NCBI RefSeq assembly: GCF_002105155.1
Contig: NW_019028981.1
Coordinates: 1,364,001 to 1,428,000 of the forward strand
Direction of reading: 5' to 3'
Origin: Lobosporangium transversale
Lineage: Eukaryota
Length of the DNA: 64,000 nucleotides
The notes beneath the pieces were generated by a model. The model was not told the origin of the DNA. It saw only the letters and a list, made by a program, of their open reading frames with translations, and searched no databases. Within the stretch, counting starts at the first letter, position 1. The number at the start of each line of letters is the position of its first letter. This document shows positions 24,131-37,600 of this stretch, piece after piece. The position numbers and the translations under genes are program-made.

Positions 24131-25112
24131 ACAACGGTTAGCAAGGCTAGTCTAGAATAGAGTGAAACAGCTGTGGTGTTCCTGTACCTGACAGCCAATA
24201 TGGAATTCGATGTCGTATATAAAACCTCATGGCTTATTGTATTGCACAAATGCTATTTTTACATGTAATAAAGACAAGATGGATAGAACGGTTAGGAAGG
24301 AAAGAAAGGGTCACACGTGGCCCTGTTTCTTTCCAAGGGCTTTTCCAGGTTAAAAAAAAAGAAATGAATGATTTCAAATAGCAGAGCAAGTAAAAATAGG
24401 ATTGGGTTGTAAGTTTGTAACTGTAAAAGTGATAAAAGTGTGTGTATCAGGCGTAAGGATGGATTCATATCATGTGCCCCAACGACATTATAATAAAACA
24501 TTCCATGGGTCAATAAATATATATATGACGCAGGAATGTGGCGTAAGATGTATTCAAGTTAGTTACCAGGGAATAAAATTAATTATTTATCGTTTTTGTC
24601 AATGACAACTTTATTTACATTTATTTGTTTATTCATTTTTATTTTAGCTGCTACTAGTTCTTTAGTCATTGACGTCTTTTTCTTTTTTTCTGTAATGAAT
24701 ATGTATTTATTTGGTCGGAGGTTGATGATGTCTTTGTTGGTGCCTACAATTGTTATTGTTGCCGTTGTTGTTAAGGAACATCCTTCTTTCGACACGCACA
24801 GGTCTGTATGTTTCCATGCTTGAACCAAACTATATAAAACACATCATCTTTAAATGTATTCGACAATCAATCAACTCTGAGTCTTTTCTTTGACGACCTT
24901 CTTCTTTCTTCCCCTTCTTTTCTTTTTATCTTCGTTCTCTTCATTTACATCTATTCTTATTAGCTCATTTGCTATCCTCCGGATTTTTCAACTGCAACGT
25001 TCTTCGCTTCGTCTTTTATAAACTACTACCTCTCCTTTTACCTTCTACCTTACCAACGATTACCCTCATAATCATCTTTCACATATATCCCATTAATAAG
25101 ATCAGCATCACG

Positions 25113-27461
25113 ATGCGCTCCTTGTCCGCTCTTACTATCTTGCTGCTATCGGCTGCTATCGCTACAGCACAGCAGGCCCATGGCCAACCTGAAGCCCTCA
25201 TCAATCCCGATATGACCTCCCAGCGTCCCAAGCTTGCCTTGGCCACCTCACCAACTGGATGCAAAAATTCACCCTTTGGTGGCAATTGCCCTTCAGACGC
25301 GCCTTGCTGCAGCGGTGCAGGCTACTGTGGATCAGATCCTTCATTTTGTGCAGAGGCCTGTCAGGCATCTGGATCATACGCCCCTGACTCCTGCTGGCCT
25401 TTACCCATGGCCGTGAATTTGCACGACGAGTTTGCAAATAAATCAAGAATGGTCTCTATCTTGGACTTTAATGGCTTCCCAGACACAGCAGACTGGGTGA
25501 TCGACCGAACCCCTGGCACACAAGCTCATGCAGTCATCACAGACGATCAAAAGTTGGTGCTGAAACTCAACCGAATCGAAAAACATCCAGAGACTGGTGG
25601 TGGAATTGGTGCCACCGTCCATGCCTCACGTTGGATGAAGTACGGCACAATTGAGGCCCGTATCAAGACTGCTTCCAATCAACCTGGCCCTGTCTCGTCC
25701 TTCATCTTGATCTCATCTACTTCTGGAGATGAAGTTGACTTTGAGGTTGTAGGGAAGGATCCAACTGACGTACAGACTAATTTTTATTACAAGGTTCAAC
25801 CCGGTCATGAGGTGAACTATGGTAATGCGAAGCATATCGACGTCGGAGTCGATACTTCACTTGACTACCATACCTACAAGCTGGAATGGACTGAAACCGA
25901 GATGAAGTGGTACTTTGACGATGTTCTCAAGCGCACAACAGCTGCTGTCGAGGCTGTCGGACAGTATCCTGATACCCCAATGCGAGCTGCCTTTGGTCTT
26001 TGGGATGGAGGCTATGGCAATGAAGGTAAAGTGATAGTTGTATTCCCCTCCCTCAGAATCCTGTTTTTTCTGTTCGAGTGGTGATGGTTCATTGGGGATG
26101 TTGATTTTCGGAGGAGGGTCTGCACAGCATTAGGTCTTTGGAATCTTTTATTATTTCCGATCGTTTGTCCTGAAGACTATATAGAGACCTGGGTATTACA
26201 GATATGGAACATTCAATGACGAATGGGTTGGGCCGGATGTTCGCTTTTTAGACCGTTTGAGTCGTTTGTTAGAGACACAGCAAAAGTAAACCCCTCGAAG
26301 AGAGCGTTTTGACCCACTAACAGGAACATATTTAAACTCATTTGGAGAGGAAGGAACAATCCTTTACGCCAGTTTGTCTTTGGTTTGCTTTTTTCTTTCT
26401 TTTTTAATTGGGGGTGACTTCCATTGTTTCGGCAATCCTCATTTCATTTTCTTAAACTAGAAATTTTTTTTATATCCACGACCCAAATCTGTCCAGCAAC
26501 ATTACTGTTATTGCCTGGAAGCGAGGGAGGCCCACTCGTCCATGACACGTATTTGGATTGTGCACAAACAATATTATTATACATACCTCTGAAATTCGCC
26601 AAAGTTTCCTCCATGGGCCTTTGTTCTTTCACGAGAACATTTTCAGGGTTGTCCAAAAAAAAAAAGAAAAAATCTATTTTTGAAGCATATTTATTTTATT
26701 TCCGCGTGTCTTACTACTGTAATTGGACAAAGAACAGAAGCGAGTTTATCCAATAATTGTGCTTGTCCAAGGGGCCACGCGCCATTTCCTATGGCTTGTG
26801 TTTGTGCGTGGGCGTAGGATACATACAAATTTCCTGCGCTTTCTTTATTCCGCATCTCTTTATACACCTGGAATATCTTGAGCAACATGGGAACATGGAG
26901 AGTCTACCGAGAGAGAAAAATGTTGTTTTCAGGAACGACTTTACCTCCATCGTTACTTCTACTCGTCTCATACAATACATTTTTTTTTTATTCATTTCAA
27001 AATTTTATTTCCGTACTCTGCTCCGATGCCCTCTTGTTTCTCATCTGAACAAGTCAAAACCCTTCTAACTCAGTTGTCTCAATTTTTTTTGTTTTGATAT
27101 GTTTTCAACTGATATAGGTACTGCGGAATGGGCTGGAAAGAACACATCTTATGAACCTAATGATCAACGCGAATACCAGATGTGGATCGACTGGGTCAAG
27201 ATCACACCCTTGTACCCCGATAATTCAACGGAGCCATGGCCTGGCGCAAAGTACTTGGAGCAGATGAAGACTGGTAATAATGGCGACAGTGGTTCAAATG
27301 GAGGCATCGGAAATGGTGGCGGCCAAAAGGATGGTGATAATAATGGACATATTAGACCAGATGATCACTCTTTTGACAGTGCCTCAAGCTTCATTTCTCC
27401 CGTTGGCAAAACTATCCTGCTGGTTGCATTCACTACACTGGCCGCAACCCTCCTTGCATAA
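25113..27461 (+). CDS. Secreted, probably GPI-anchored GH16 chitin-glucan transglycosylase (Crh/Utr2-like) with an N-terminal CBM18 chitin-binding module
   Basis: Signal peptide MRSLSALTILLL, CP...PCCS..GYCG, catalytic DEVDFE, WDGG..EG|TAEWAG across intron 26026-27117, and a hydrophobic C-terminus. Confidence 0.88.
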
Positions 27462-28176
27462 AACAATTTTTTTTTTTCTATTTTCTTTCTTTTTTTCTTT
27501 TTTTTTTTTTTTTTTAGAAAAAGTATTTCTTCATATTATACCTTTTGACGACTTTGTCATCCTAGTAATTTAAAGTTTTTAATGTAATAAGATTTTTAGC
27601 AAAATAAAAAATAAAATAAAAATTCTAGCAGTTCCTGGATTGTCGTTTATTATGGAACAATGTTTCTTCGCTGAATGGTTTATACACATTCATTTGTTAT
27701 ATATATATTCAACTCCAAGCTGAATGCTATGCACATGGATGGAGTCTTTGAGTTACCATCCAACTACCTATACAAAAATAGTCATGGCATGCAGTTTACA
27801 GTAGTTTTGTATTTTCATAACGGTCCAGTCCATTGGTTGCAAAAAAAAAAAAAAAAAAAAACAAAAAAAAAACATGTATATATAATATGAAATCGATTTA
27901 GGTAGTTTCATTTTATTTTTATTTATTTTATTTTTCCGGCGGGAAATGCAGATACAACAATAAAAAGTGACATTAATTAACTTTACGCGATACTCTACGC
28001 CACCAAAATATGGCGTGTGGCTATGTCTGTTTAGCAAACAGACCAATAGCATTTTGGAAAGAGAAGTTTATTCCTCAGGCATAGTTTTTCAAAAATGTTT
28101 AACATGCTTGTGCCAAAGTAAGGGCTACTTGATTAGAACACTGCTGGATACTTTTTTTTTTTTTTTTTTTTTTCTT

Positions 28177-30213
28177 TCAATATCCATGCACAAAAATATT
28201 CGCAGATCGTAGAATTTTTGTTATCCTTCTATCGGTTTCTTCATCCTGGCAGTTAAAGTTCCCCGCAATATCACGCAGTTGTTTCCAATGTCGAACTATC
28301 CAATAGGCTTCCTCTTCAGCCATATACTGTCGAGTCGAAAAAAACCGTACTCTCCTCAACCGTTTACACGTTGCCATTTTGAAAAGACCCGCACTTAACC
28401 GAAGATCGATTGCAGGCCGACCATTTTCCTCATAGCACATCTCCATATTTGCATCATCCTCATCATCAAAATCCGGATCCATGTCCAGTACTTCCAAATT
28501 ATGTAACCGTGATAGCTGTTCAAAGGCCTTTCCTTGGATCTCATTCATCTCTGCATCTCCTACAATGATGGAGACCATTGATGACCGTCTTGCAAATATG
28601 CTCACACCGTTGATCAACTCACTATGACTACTACCTCCTGTTCCTCCTCCTCCTCCTCCTCCTCCGCCTCCTCCTCCTTCTCCTCCTCCTTCCTCTATAC
28701 CTTCCATGAACCTATCTTCTGATACATCTAGTAGTTGCCTTGCGTCAAAAAAGACACATAGTTCTGTGAGCAACCTACAGACCCATGGTTGGCCTTTGGC
28801 AATATCCTGAATATATATCCGATCTGCATAAAGTTTCCTCAGTTGTGGACAAGACTCCATAATGGTTTGTATCCAGGCGCTTGTGATATAGGGCATACAA
28901 TCCTTGACGTCCAAAACTTCAAGGCTCTGGAAATGACCATATTGTTGGAAGGCGTCAAATGAGAGTGGACCATACCTTGCACGAGGTACTTTCCAATGAC
29001 GACATGGAAAAGGCATTGTCCTTAGAATCAAAGCCACTGTTGCATCCGAAAAATCAAAGCCTTCATACGCAAGACCACAAAGGCGGGGCCACGTCCTGGT
29101 TTTTATGGTTGTAGTTGTAGATGAAGATATGGCTGTGGCTGTGGCTGTGGCTGTGGCTGCAACCGTCTCCCCATTAATTGTTTTCGTTGTCGTGAGCAAT
29201 CGGATAAGTTTGTTCGAAGCTTTTTCGCCGCCGTTCTTAATACTTTCATCATCGCTCTGTGGTGCGGTATTAGTGGCAAGGAGAAGGTACTCCAGATTAG
29301 GACATTGTTCCGCAAAAAGGATTCGGTTACTATCCCAGGTAAGAGTATCTTCACTTGTAATCCGCAACGTTCTGAGTTTTGGAAATAAAAAGGTATTATC
29401 TTTTCTGTGGTTGCTGCTGCTGCTTTTGTTGTTTTGTCTCATCTCTCTATCAATGCTGTAGCCTCCGCCTCCACAATCAGGATTATGACAATGGTAAAAC
29501 TCATCATGATCATCATCCTCTTCGTCATCATCATCGAATCGGCCATGGTTCAGAATATAGGACATGTCTCTTATAGAAACATTGTCCAAAATTAAGGTCT
29601 CAATATTTCTAAAAGTTCGCCAAAAATATTTTTCGGTCCTTTTGGAAAGATGAGAACCCCAGACGGTGGACACACGCAGTTCCTTGAGATGTTTATGTTT
29701 GGAAAGAGCCTCCCAGTGGACGAAAGCATGTGAGACAGAGACTCGACGGATATTTGGAGTGGATCTTACTTGAAGTGTGGCAGCTTTTGATGTCCGTGGG
29801 TTTGTTGCTGCTGCTGTAATGTGTGCTGATGAGAATGATGATAGTGAGTACAAGGGATTATTGTTATAAAGGAAATCACCCATGATGTTGCTTGATTCCC
29901 GCGGTACACCATGGATGCGAAGGGTCTCAATATTGGGGAAGACTAGTTCTGCTAAACGTGGATCCATTATGCCGAGGATCGTGAGGGAATGGATAAGGTG
30001 TCTATGGCGCTGGATAGATTGGATACTCTGGAATTGCTCAGCGATCAATCGTGCGTTGATGGTACATTCTTTCCAAACTGCTGATATGAAGGAAGCATGC
30101 CAGGCTCGGCAAACTCGAATACATTGAAGGAAATCTTCTTTTGTGAGATAGTTGCCGACAAGTGATCTGAATTCTGGAAGGTCAAGTGGATTGCTGACGA
30201 TGCTACCAGACAT
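28177..30213 (-). CDS. F-box/LRR-like protein (Mortierellaceae expanded family)
   Basis: N-terminal NPLDLPEFRSLVGNYL..D..QCIRVCRAW, PWVC..L.EL, and C-terminal LRLSAGL..M..CK.L..W...HW..L. Intronless, 678 aa. Confidence 0.8.
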   Translation of the reverse strand: MSGSIVSNPLDLPEFRSLVGNYLTKEDFLQCIRVCRAWHASFISAVWKECTINARLIAEQFQSIQSIQRHRHLIHSLTILGIMDPRLAELVFPNIETLRIHGVPRESSNIMGDFLYNNNPLYSLSSFSSAHITAAATNPRTSKAATLQVRSTPNIRRVSVSHAFVHWEALSKHKHLKELRVSTVWGSHLSKRTEKYFWRTFRNIETLILDNVSIRDMSYILNHGRFDDDDEEDDDHDEFYHCHNPDCGGGGYSIDREMRQNNKSSSSNHRKDNTFLFPKLRTLRITSEDTLTWDSNRILFAEQCPNLEYLLLATNTAPQSDDESIKNGGEKASNKLIRLLTTTKTINGETVAATATATATAISSSTTTTIKTRTWPRLCGLAYEGFDFSDATVALILRTMPFPCRHWKVPRARYGPLSFDAFQQYGHFQSLEVLDVKDCMPYITSAWIQTIMESCPQLRKLYADRIYIQDIAKGQPWVCRLLTELCVFFDARQLLDVSEDRFMEGIEEGGGEGGGGGGGGGGGGTGGSSHSELINGVSIFARRSSMVSIIVGDAEMNEIQGKAFEQLSRLHNLEVLDMDPDFDDEDDANMEMCYEENGRPAIDLRLSAGLFKMATCKRLRRVRFFSTRQYMAEEEAYWIVRHWKQLRDIAGNFNCQDEETDRRITKILRSANIFVHGY

Positions 30214-31688
30214 TACTTCTATTTTTGTGCTTGTGTTGGTTGTGTTGGTTGTGTTGGTTGTATGTGTTAGGGATGAATAGAGAATGAGTGAATGAGCGAA
30301 TCGGTAAAGTAAAAATGAAGTGAAATCTAATTTCAGGTGAGGATAGGAAAGCGACTGATCAAAATGAGAATGGGAGGAGTGAGGAATGAGATTCGCTAAA
30401 CTAAGTGAATGTCTTTAATGGGCCAGGAACACACTCCACACAGCACACAGGGCACAGGGCAACAAAGCGACTATGCACCCTTATTTCCGTGCAGACAAAA
30501 CATGTTATAGTCTAGCACAGTTTGTGTTCAGATCCAAGTTCATGAATAATTAAAAATAAACGGCTCACAAATCTACACAATTGCAGATCGAAGATTTTTT
30601 TTTGTTTTCGCAAGATTTTTTTTTAGTACTACAAATATAATCTTTACCATACAGGTCGTGTGTATGATTATGATACACGACCATGCACATGTATAAGTGG
30701 GATGTTTAGTGTACATAAACATAGAGAGATAAATGCTTGTAGTCCCCGCTTTTTCAAGTGCCTCCGTCCTTATCTCAGTTTTGATCAATGCCGTAAGCAT
30801 CTAAGCCTAATTGTGTAACGAAAAAAAAATGGAATAAACCTTTGCATCTAGTGTGCTTTGTCCCTAATTTGAGCATTTCTTTGCTTTCATAATTTGCAGA
30901 CACTTCCCTTTTACCATCTCCTCTCTCTCCTGAAGAAAAAGACTGATGGGATGGATTGTGTGGTTTTTTGTTTTTCATTCTTTTTTTTTTTTTTTTTGCT
31001 GTCAATGCCACAATGATTGTATGATATTGTAATGTTGCATAAATCATCTATTCCATCTATTCATATTATTTCCCGGCCTTCCCGTCCCTTGCTCTCTTGG
31101 TGTTCTTAGTGTGAAAGTAAAAGAAATTAAGTTCTCTTTCCTGCATGGTCCCGAAACGGGCCATTGCAAACAATCCAACAATCCAGCGATTCAGTCCTTT
31201 TTACATGCGCAAAAAATACATCAGGGCCTTTGTTTGCCTAAAATATATCCTTATTTTTTATTTTGCTTTTTTCCTTACATCTCTCTTTCTTTCCCCTTTC
31301 ATTCCCCCTCCTTCCTCTCTTTCCCTCTTATCTCCTCACTCACCCAACTCTCACGTTCTCACGTTCTCACATTCTCACATTCTCGCATTCAGGCGCCCAA
31401 ACATCTCCATAACACACGCCCTGCTCCCTCACTTCGATTTTGATTTGTCATTCTTAAACCTCTTCTGATCCAACAAAACTTTTTTCATTGATTTTTTTTA
31501 CTGCATGTTTCTGATTAATCATTGGGCATAACGAGACAATCGCTGTATGTCTACAAATCTACAAGTACTTCAATACGCTTCTACCAATTTTTATCCAACA
31601 AGCCCCTCCTAGAACAATATTCATCCTCATTTTGACTGACCACTTCACCAATTTTGTCTTTTCTAAACATTTAATAGCAAAAAACAGT

Positions 31689-34600
31689 ATGGACTGGTTA
31701 CGTGGCGTCTCTCGAGAGTTGCTTGAGCCTCAAAGTGCTCTCAAAGTGGCTATGATGCATCTAGAGAATGCTCGCAAGGCGATCGGTGCTCCCGAGTTAG
31801 AGGTTGCCCTATGCTTAGATGCATATAACGCTCTCTTGCGAATTCGAACTTCTGACAGAAAGACCTTGGTTTCGGCTTCGTCATCATCTTCTGGTCGTCC
31901 TGATCAAGAGGAATTGCGCAAGAACATCGCTCTTACCATCAAAGAAATTGCTTCCAAACTTCATACACTCGGTCGCCATGAACATTCTCGGAATGTCAAA
32001 AAGTACGGCAGAAAATGGGGCCCAGTCCCATCGGAAGAGCCAATGTTCTCTAATAGAGATTCATCGTGCTCATCACATAACAATGAACCCACCTATCCAC
32101 CTTCACCCACCATTCCAGCAACTCCCTTTCCCTCTGCCACTCCATTTTCTACCATTTCCCCAGCCACTACATTGGTCACCAACAGATCGTTCCCATCCAG
32201 CTTCAACAGCATCAGCAAGCCTATGATCAAAGAGACGCCTTCTGCACAGCTGTCTACCATCCAAAGCCCCTTACCCAAATATTCAGACATTTTCACCATG
32301 GATGTAGCCATTTCCATGAAGATAAGTTCCTTACCGAAGGCTGATGAGCACCTCACCGACATACATCAGCTTGTCCATTGTCTCAGTCTACTACCATCTT
32401 CACCTCTCAAAAGGGGACATCATCTCAGCCCTGAAGAAGAGGAGTGGTCCTTAGCCATTTCTAAAAATCAAGAAGAACAAGAGAGACTACAAAACCTGGC
32501 ATCGGATGTACTTGAAATGTTTATGAAGGATAAAACCAAAGCAGAAGCAAGCGTTACTGAGGTTGTATCTTTAGCACCAGTCCTTAAAAAAGAACTGTTC
32601 AGGACACTTCTCATGGAACTGATCAATGGAATCGACAGCAATGTCATGCTTCATACTAATCTACTCGACGGATTGGCTCAGCTGATACAAGGCGCTCCTC
32701 CTGGACATATTGATCCAGACGATCTTGTCAAAATATTGAATGTCCTTAACAAACGCCTTCACCAGACCCACAATCAATCGAGTGATTTCATTTATCGGCT
32801 CTCTGTTGCTGTCTCACGCGTTTTAGACGCCATGGCCAACAGTCATGTCAAGGAACTAGATCGTGTACATCTTCATGAGCCGCTCAAAGCATACATGGAT
32901 CAACTAAAAAGAAGTAAAGATATATATCAGGTATATCACGCAGCACATGCTTTCCAAGCACTACTGTATATCCCTGATAATGAAACAAAGGCCCAAGCAA
33001 CCTTACGGCGCACCACAACAGTCATTCGAGGACTATTTGGGATGGTGAGCGCAGTCAAGAGCATGAATGTCAATGATTTCATAGACCAGCTAGGAAATAT
33101 CCAAGATGGACTCCCATCGATAGAGTTGCTGCTTGACCTTAGCTTGTCTGTGTACAATAGCATGACTTCTTCAGCTGAGCATAGTACATCGTTCATGGAA
33201 TCTCTAAGAGTGGGCTTCAACTTTTCTCGCAAGGCAACATGGTATCCAGCTTTGCGTGGAGCCGATGTACTACTCCAAACAGGAGAGCTCTTCCAGTTCA
33301 AGGCCCTTGTACATAATGCGCCATGCCGACACGATCCAGCATTCCAATGGGGCCTTTGTCAGCGCTTGGGACAGATCGCAGCTGACACAAAATGGGACAT
33401 GGATACTCGTCGAGATGCCATAGTGTTTCTGGGCGAAATTTACAAGAATGACCACCACTGGAAGGACTACATCCCCACCAAACAATGGATTGTTACCATC
33501 CTCCATAAACTGTCTGCTTTATCAGACAATAACCTACTAGGTTAGTACGGATGGCTATGCTTTTTTTTCTTAATATCAATGATGTCTCTGAAGTAAGCAA
33601 AAAATGTTTCTTATAACGAACTTTACTCTTGATGCAATGCATCTTTTGTAGGTACAAACCACTTATTAGATGAGCTCGCTATGAATGGCAATGAATCGAA
33701 GCAGCAACTCTTCAGAGATGCCCTTCAATCACCGGTATCGTATCCTCTCGTTAACACGCCAGCACCCATCGCCTCTCCTTCTTTACTTGATCGCGTCCAG
33801 AACAAGCCTGATGTCGAGAAGCGTCTGCGCCAGCTTATGAATCAACGGTTGGAGGCCACAACTAGCGGTGGTGAATTTTATATCCCACAATATGGCAAAT
33901 CGAGCCTCCAGGCGCGCGATGACGACAAGTTCATATTGATGGACAAAACCAAAGAGTTCCTGGATAATGATCAAAAAGTCCTTCTCGTCCAGGGTGATTC
34001 CGGTGCTGGAAAATCTAAATTCAATCAGACGTTGGAGCACGACTTGTGGAAGGCATACAGGAAGAAAGATGGAAAGATCCCATTGTACATCAACCTCCCG
34101 GCTATCGAGCACCCAGACCGGGACCTAGTATCTAAACAATTGCGCAAGTATGACTTTGAGGACGCAGAAATCAGGGAGCTAAAAAAGAGTCGAAAGTTCA
34201 TACTAATCTGCGATGGCTACGACGAGAGCGGTCAGAGCAATAACTTGTATGTCACCAACCGACTGAACCAGCCTGGAGAGTGGAAAGTCCAGATGGTGAT
34301 CAGCTGCCGCAGTGAGTACCTAGGGGCAGACTATCGAGATCGCTTTCAGCCTGCGGACCGCAACTGCCGAATCCAAACGCCTTCATTTGTCGAAGCTGTT
34401 ATTGTCCCATTCTCCATTGAACAGATCGATGATTTCATCAAAAACTATGTGGTTAATGCAAAGGAAACAAGGTGGCAATTTGAAGATTACCATAGAGCAT
34501 TCAAATTAATCCCTAGTCTTCTGGAACTTGTCAAGAATCCATTTTTATTAATCCTGGCGTTAGAGGTTTTACCAAGGATGATGGAGCCTCATAATATTGT

Positions 34601-37600
34601 GCTTAACGCAGAGATCAAACGTATCTCGCTTTACGATCAGTTTATTGAAATGTGGCTGGAGCGTAATAAGAAGCGACTGAGCGAGTCCCTACAGTGGTCG
34701 GAAGAAAGGAGGATTTTTGAAATCCTGTCCGAAGATGGCTTTACGCAGAATGGAATCAGATATCTCACTGCCTTGGCGAAGGCAATCTACATGTATCAGG
34801 ATGGCAACCCTGTGGTGGACTACTCACATTTCGACCATAAAGGGACATGGAAAGAGAAGTTTTTCAGCAAATCAAAGAAAAAGAACCTGTTACGAGAGGC
34901 AGTCCCACTGACCCGCACCGGCAATCAGCACCGGTTCCTCCATAGGTCCATCCTGGAATATTGTCTAGCGCGAGCGGTTTTTGAGCCTCAAGCAAAGACC
35001 AGTACATTTGTGAGCGTTGACATGGACGCTAATCTGAAACAAACTAAGGCTGTTGGACTTAGTCGCCAGAAGAGCTTCAGCTCTTGCTACAGTTTCGAGG
35101 CCACAGGCAAGAAAAAAACCGAACATCATCACCACAGCGACCCAGAGGCCCCTAACGAAGCGTCTCCATTAGTATGGAGGAGCTTAGTGAACGAGCCTTC
35201 CATCTTGCAATTCCTTGTAGACCGTGTTCGATTAGAGCCTGTTTTCAAACAGCAACTATACAATTATGTTGAATTATCAAAGGTAGATGACAAATGGCGG
35301 ATCGCCGCTGCAAACGCCATGACGATCTTGGTACGAGCAGGTGAAACATTTATTGGGGCCGATCTCCGTGGTATTCAGATTCCAGGCGCAGATCTCAGCC
35401 GTGGTATTTTCGAATCTGTGCGGCTACAAGGGGCTGATCTGAGGAAAGTTAGCTTTCGAAACTGTTGGCTACGAAAAGCCGATATGACAGGCGCGAGAAT
35501 GGATGGTGTACAGTTTGGCGAATGGCCATCCCTCCAGGAAGAGAGTGGGGCAATGTCCGCAGCGTACTCGCCTGATGGGAAGACATTCGCTGTTGGGCTT
35601 CTTGACGGCCCCATCAGCGTCTATGAGACTGTAACATGGACAAAGCTCTGTACCTGGCATGACCGCAGTGATGCATTCTTCTTTACATATTCGCCCGACA
35701 GTCGACATATTGCTGCTTGGAATGATGACCACATGGTCGTTGTGAGAGATGCTGCGTCAGGAGCATTGGTTCACAGCATGCAAGGCCATATAGACAGAAT
35801 CCGTTGTGTGGCGTACTCACCAGATGGCCAGTATCTCGCTTCAGCTGGAGACGACGGAACAGTACGTTTGTGGGATTCACAATCAGGCTTACTCAAGTAC
35901 TCATTGGAAGGACACACCGGTTGGACTCTGAGCTTAGCCTTTTCCCCTGACAGCGGCCAACTTGTATCAGCCAGCAGAGACAGTACGGTACGGATATGGG
36001 ATATGGCATTGGGAAAAGAGTTGAAGGTGCTAGAGCACGAGAATGAGACTGTCCAAGTCTTGTATTCGCCCAATAATAGTCATGAAATCATCTCCCGTGG
36101 GAACGACCATAATGTTTACGTATGGAATGTTTGCTCAGGTGAATTGGAAAGGACATTAAGGAACGAAGATCTGGTAGAGGGCATTCAGTATTCACCTGAT
36201 GGGAAGTTTGTCGCTTCATTCGCTTCTTTGAGTGTGACTGTATGGAACTTGCAAACTGGAGTTGACAGCTACAAAATTCATATTGACGCAGACAACATCC
36301 TAGATCTGAAGTACTCGCCTAGCGGAGACCAGATTGCCATTTGTGGTAGTGACAATGCTGTGCGAATTTGGGACTCTCGAACTGGACGACCGATCAACAC
36401 ACTTTATGGTCATACCCCATGGGTTTACGCTATTGCCTATTCACCCAGTGGTCACCAGATCGCATCCATCCATAATGACTCCACGGTCCGTCTTTGGGAT
36501 TCTGCTCTGCCCTGGCAGTCGTCTCACGGCTCAAACATCCACACACAACCAATTCGATCTGTCGAATTATCGCCCTCTGGACGGCAGGTTGCCTCGTGTA
36601 GCGATGATGGAACAGTGCGTGTGTGGGATGGGCGTACAGGACACCATATCTATATGCTACAAGGGGACATGCAAACAAAATACAACATCAAGTATTCACC
36701 TGATGACCGATTCTTGGCCTCTTGTGACAACAAACAGGGTTTACGCCTTTGGGATTCAAAGACGGGTCAGTTTATTCGCACCTTTGAGCCCCTAGTAGAG
36801 CAGAATGGTTTCATCATGGCGTTAGATTTTTCGCCCGTTAGTGGCCACCAAATTGTCGGCGGGCATAGTGGAGGGAGCGTGATCCTATGGAACACACATA
36901 CTGGAGCGCACATCCACACATTCCAGGAATCTAGCTATGCAGCCTGGTGTGTAATGTTTTCACCTAAAGGCGAACAAGTGCTTTCATGTGATCGCACCGG
37001 CAAAGTCAATGTCTGGGATTTACAATCTAAAGACCTTGTATGGTCCGCAATGGGAAATTTAGCTAGTATGGCTCTACGCACTGCTATGGTATACTCGCCT
37101 GATAGTTCGAAAGTCGCATTTGTGCACTCGGACGACAAGTTGGGTCTCTGGGATGCAGAGACAGGCCTCATCTACCAGAATGTCGACCTTCAAGGGCTGG
37201 TACAACTGTCAAGTGCATTTTCTCCATGTGGCCAACAGTTGGCTTTGGGATGTAAGGATGGCGCTACCGGCGTTATCGATACTGAATCTGGAAGGTATTT
37301 GCTTTCTCTTCAAGGACATACTGGCGATGTCCTTGCCATTTCTTATTCGCCTGATGGCCAGTATATTGCTTCAGGCAGTAAAGACAGAACCGTCCGGTTA
37401 TGGGACCCACGGTCGGGTGAGAACTTAGCTACGATCGACCATGTGGGTGGTATTATCAGGACATTAACGTGGAACATCACTACAGAGGGCTACTTCCTGG
37501 TGACTGGATGCGACGACTCTTCTGTCCGAAAATGGCAAATCGTTAATGAAAAGGGTGAAGCGAGCAGCAATGGCGACCTAGATGAACGTCAATATCATTT

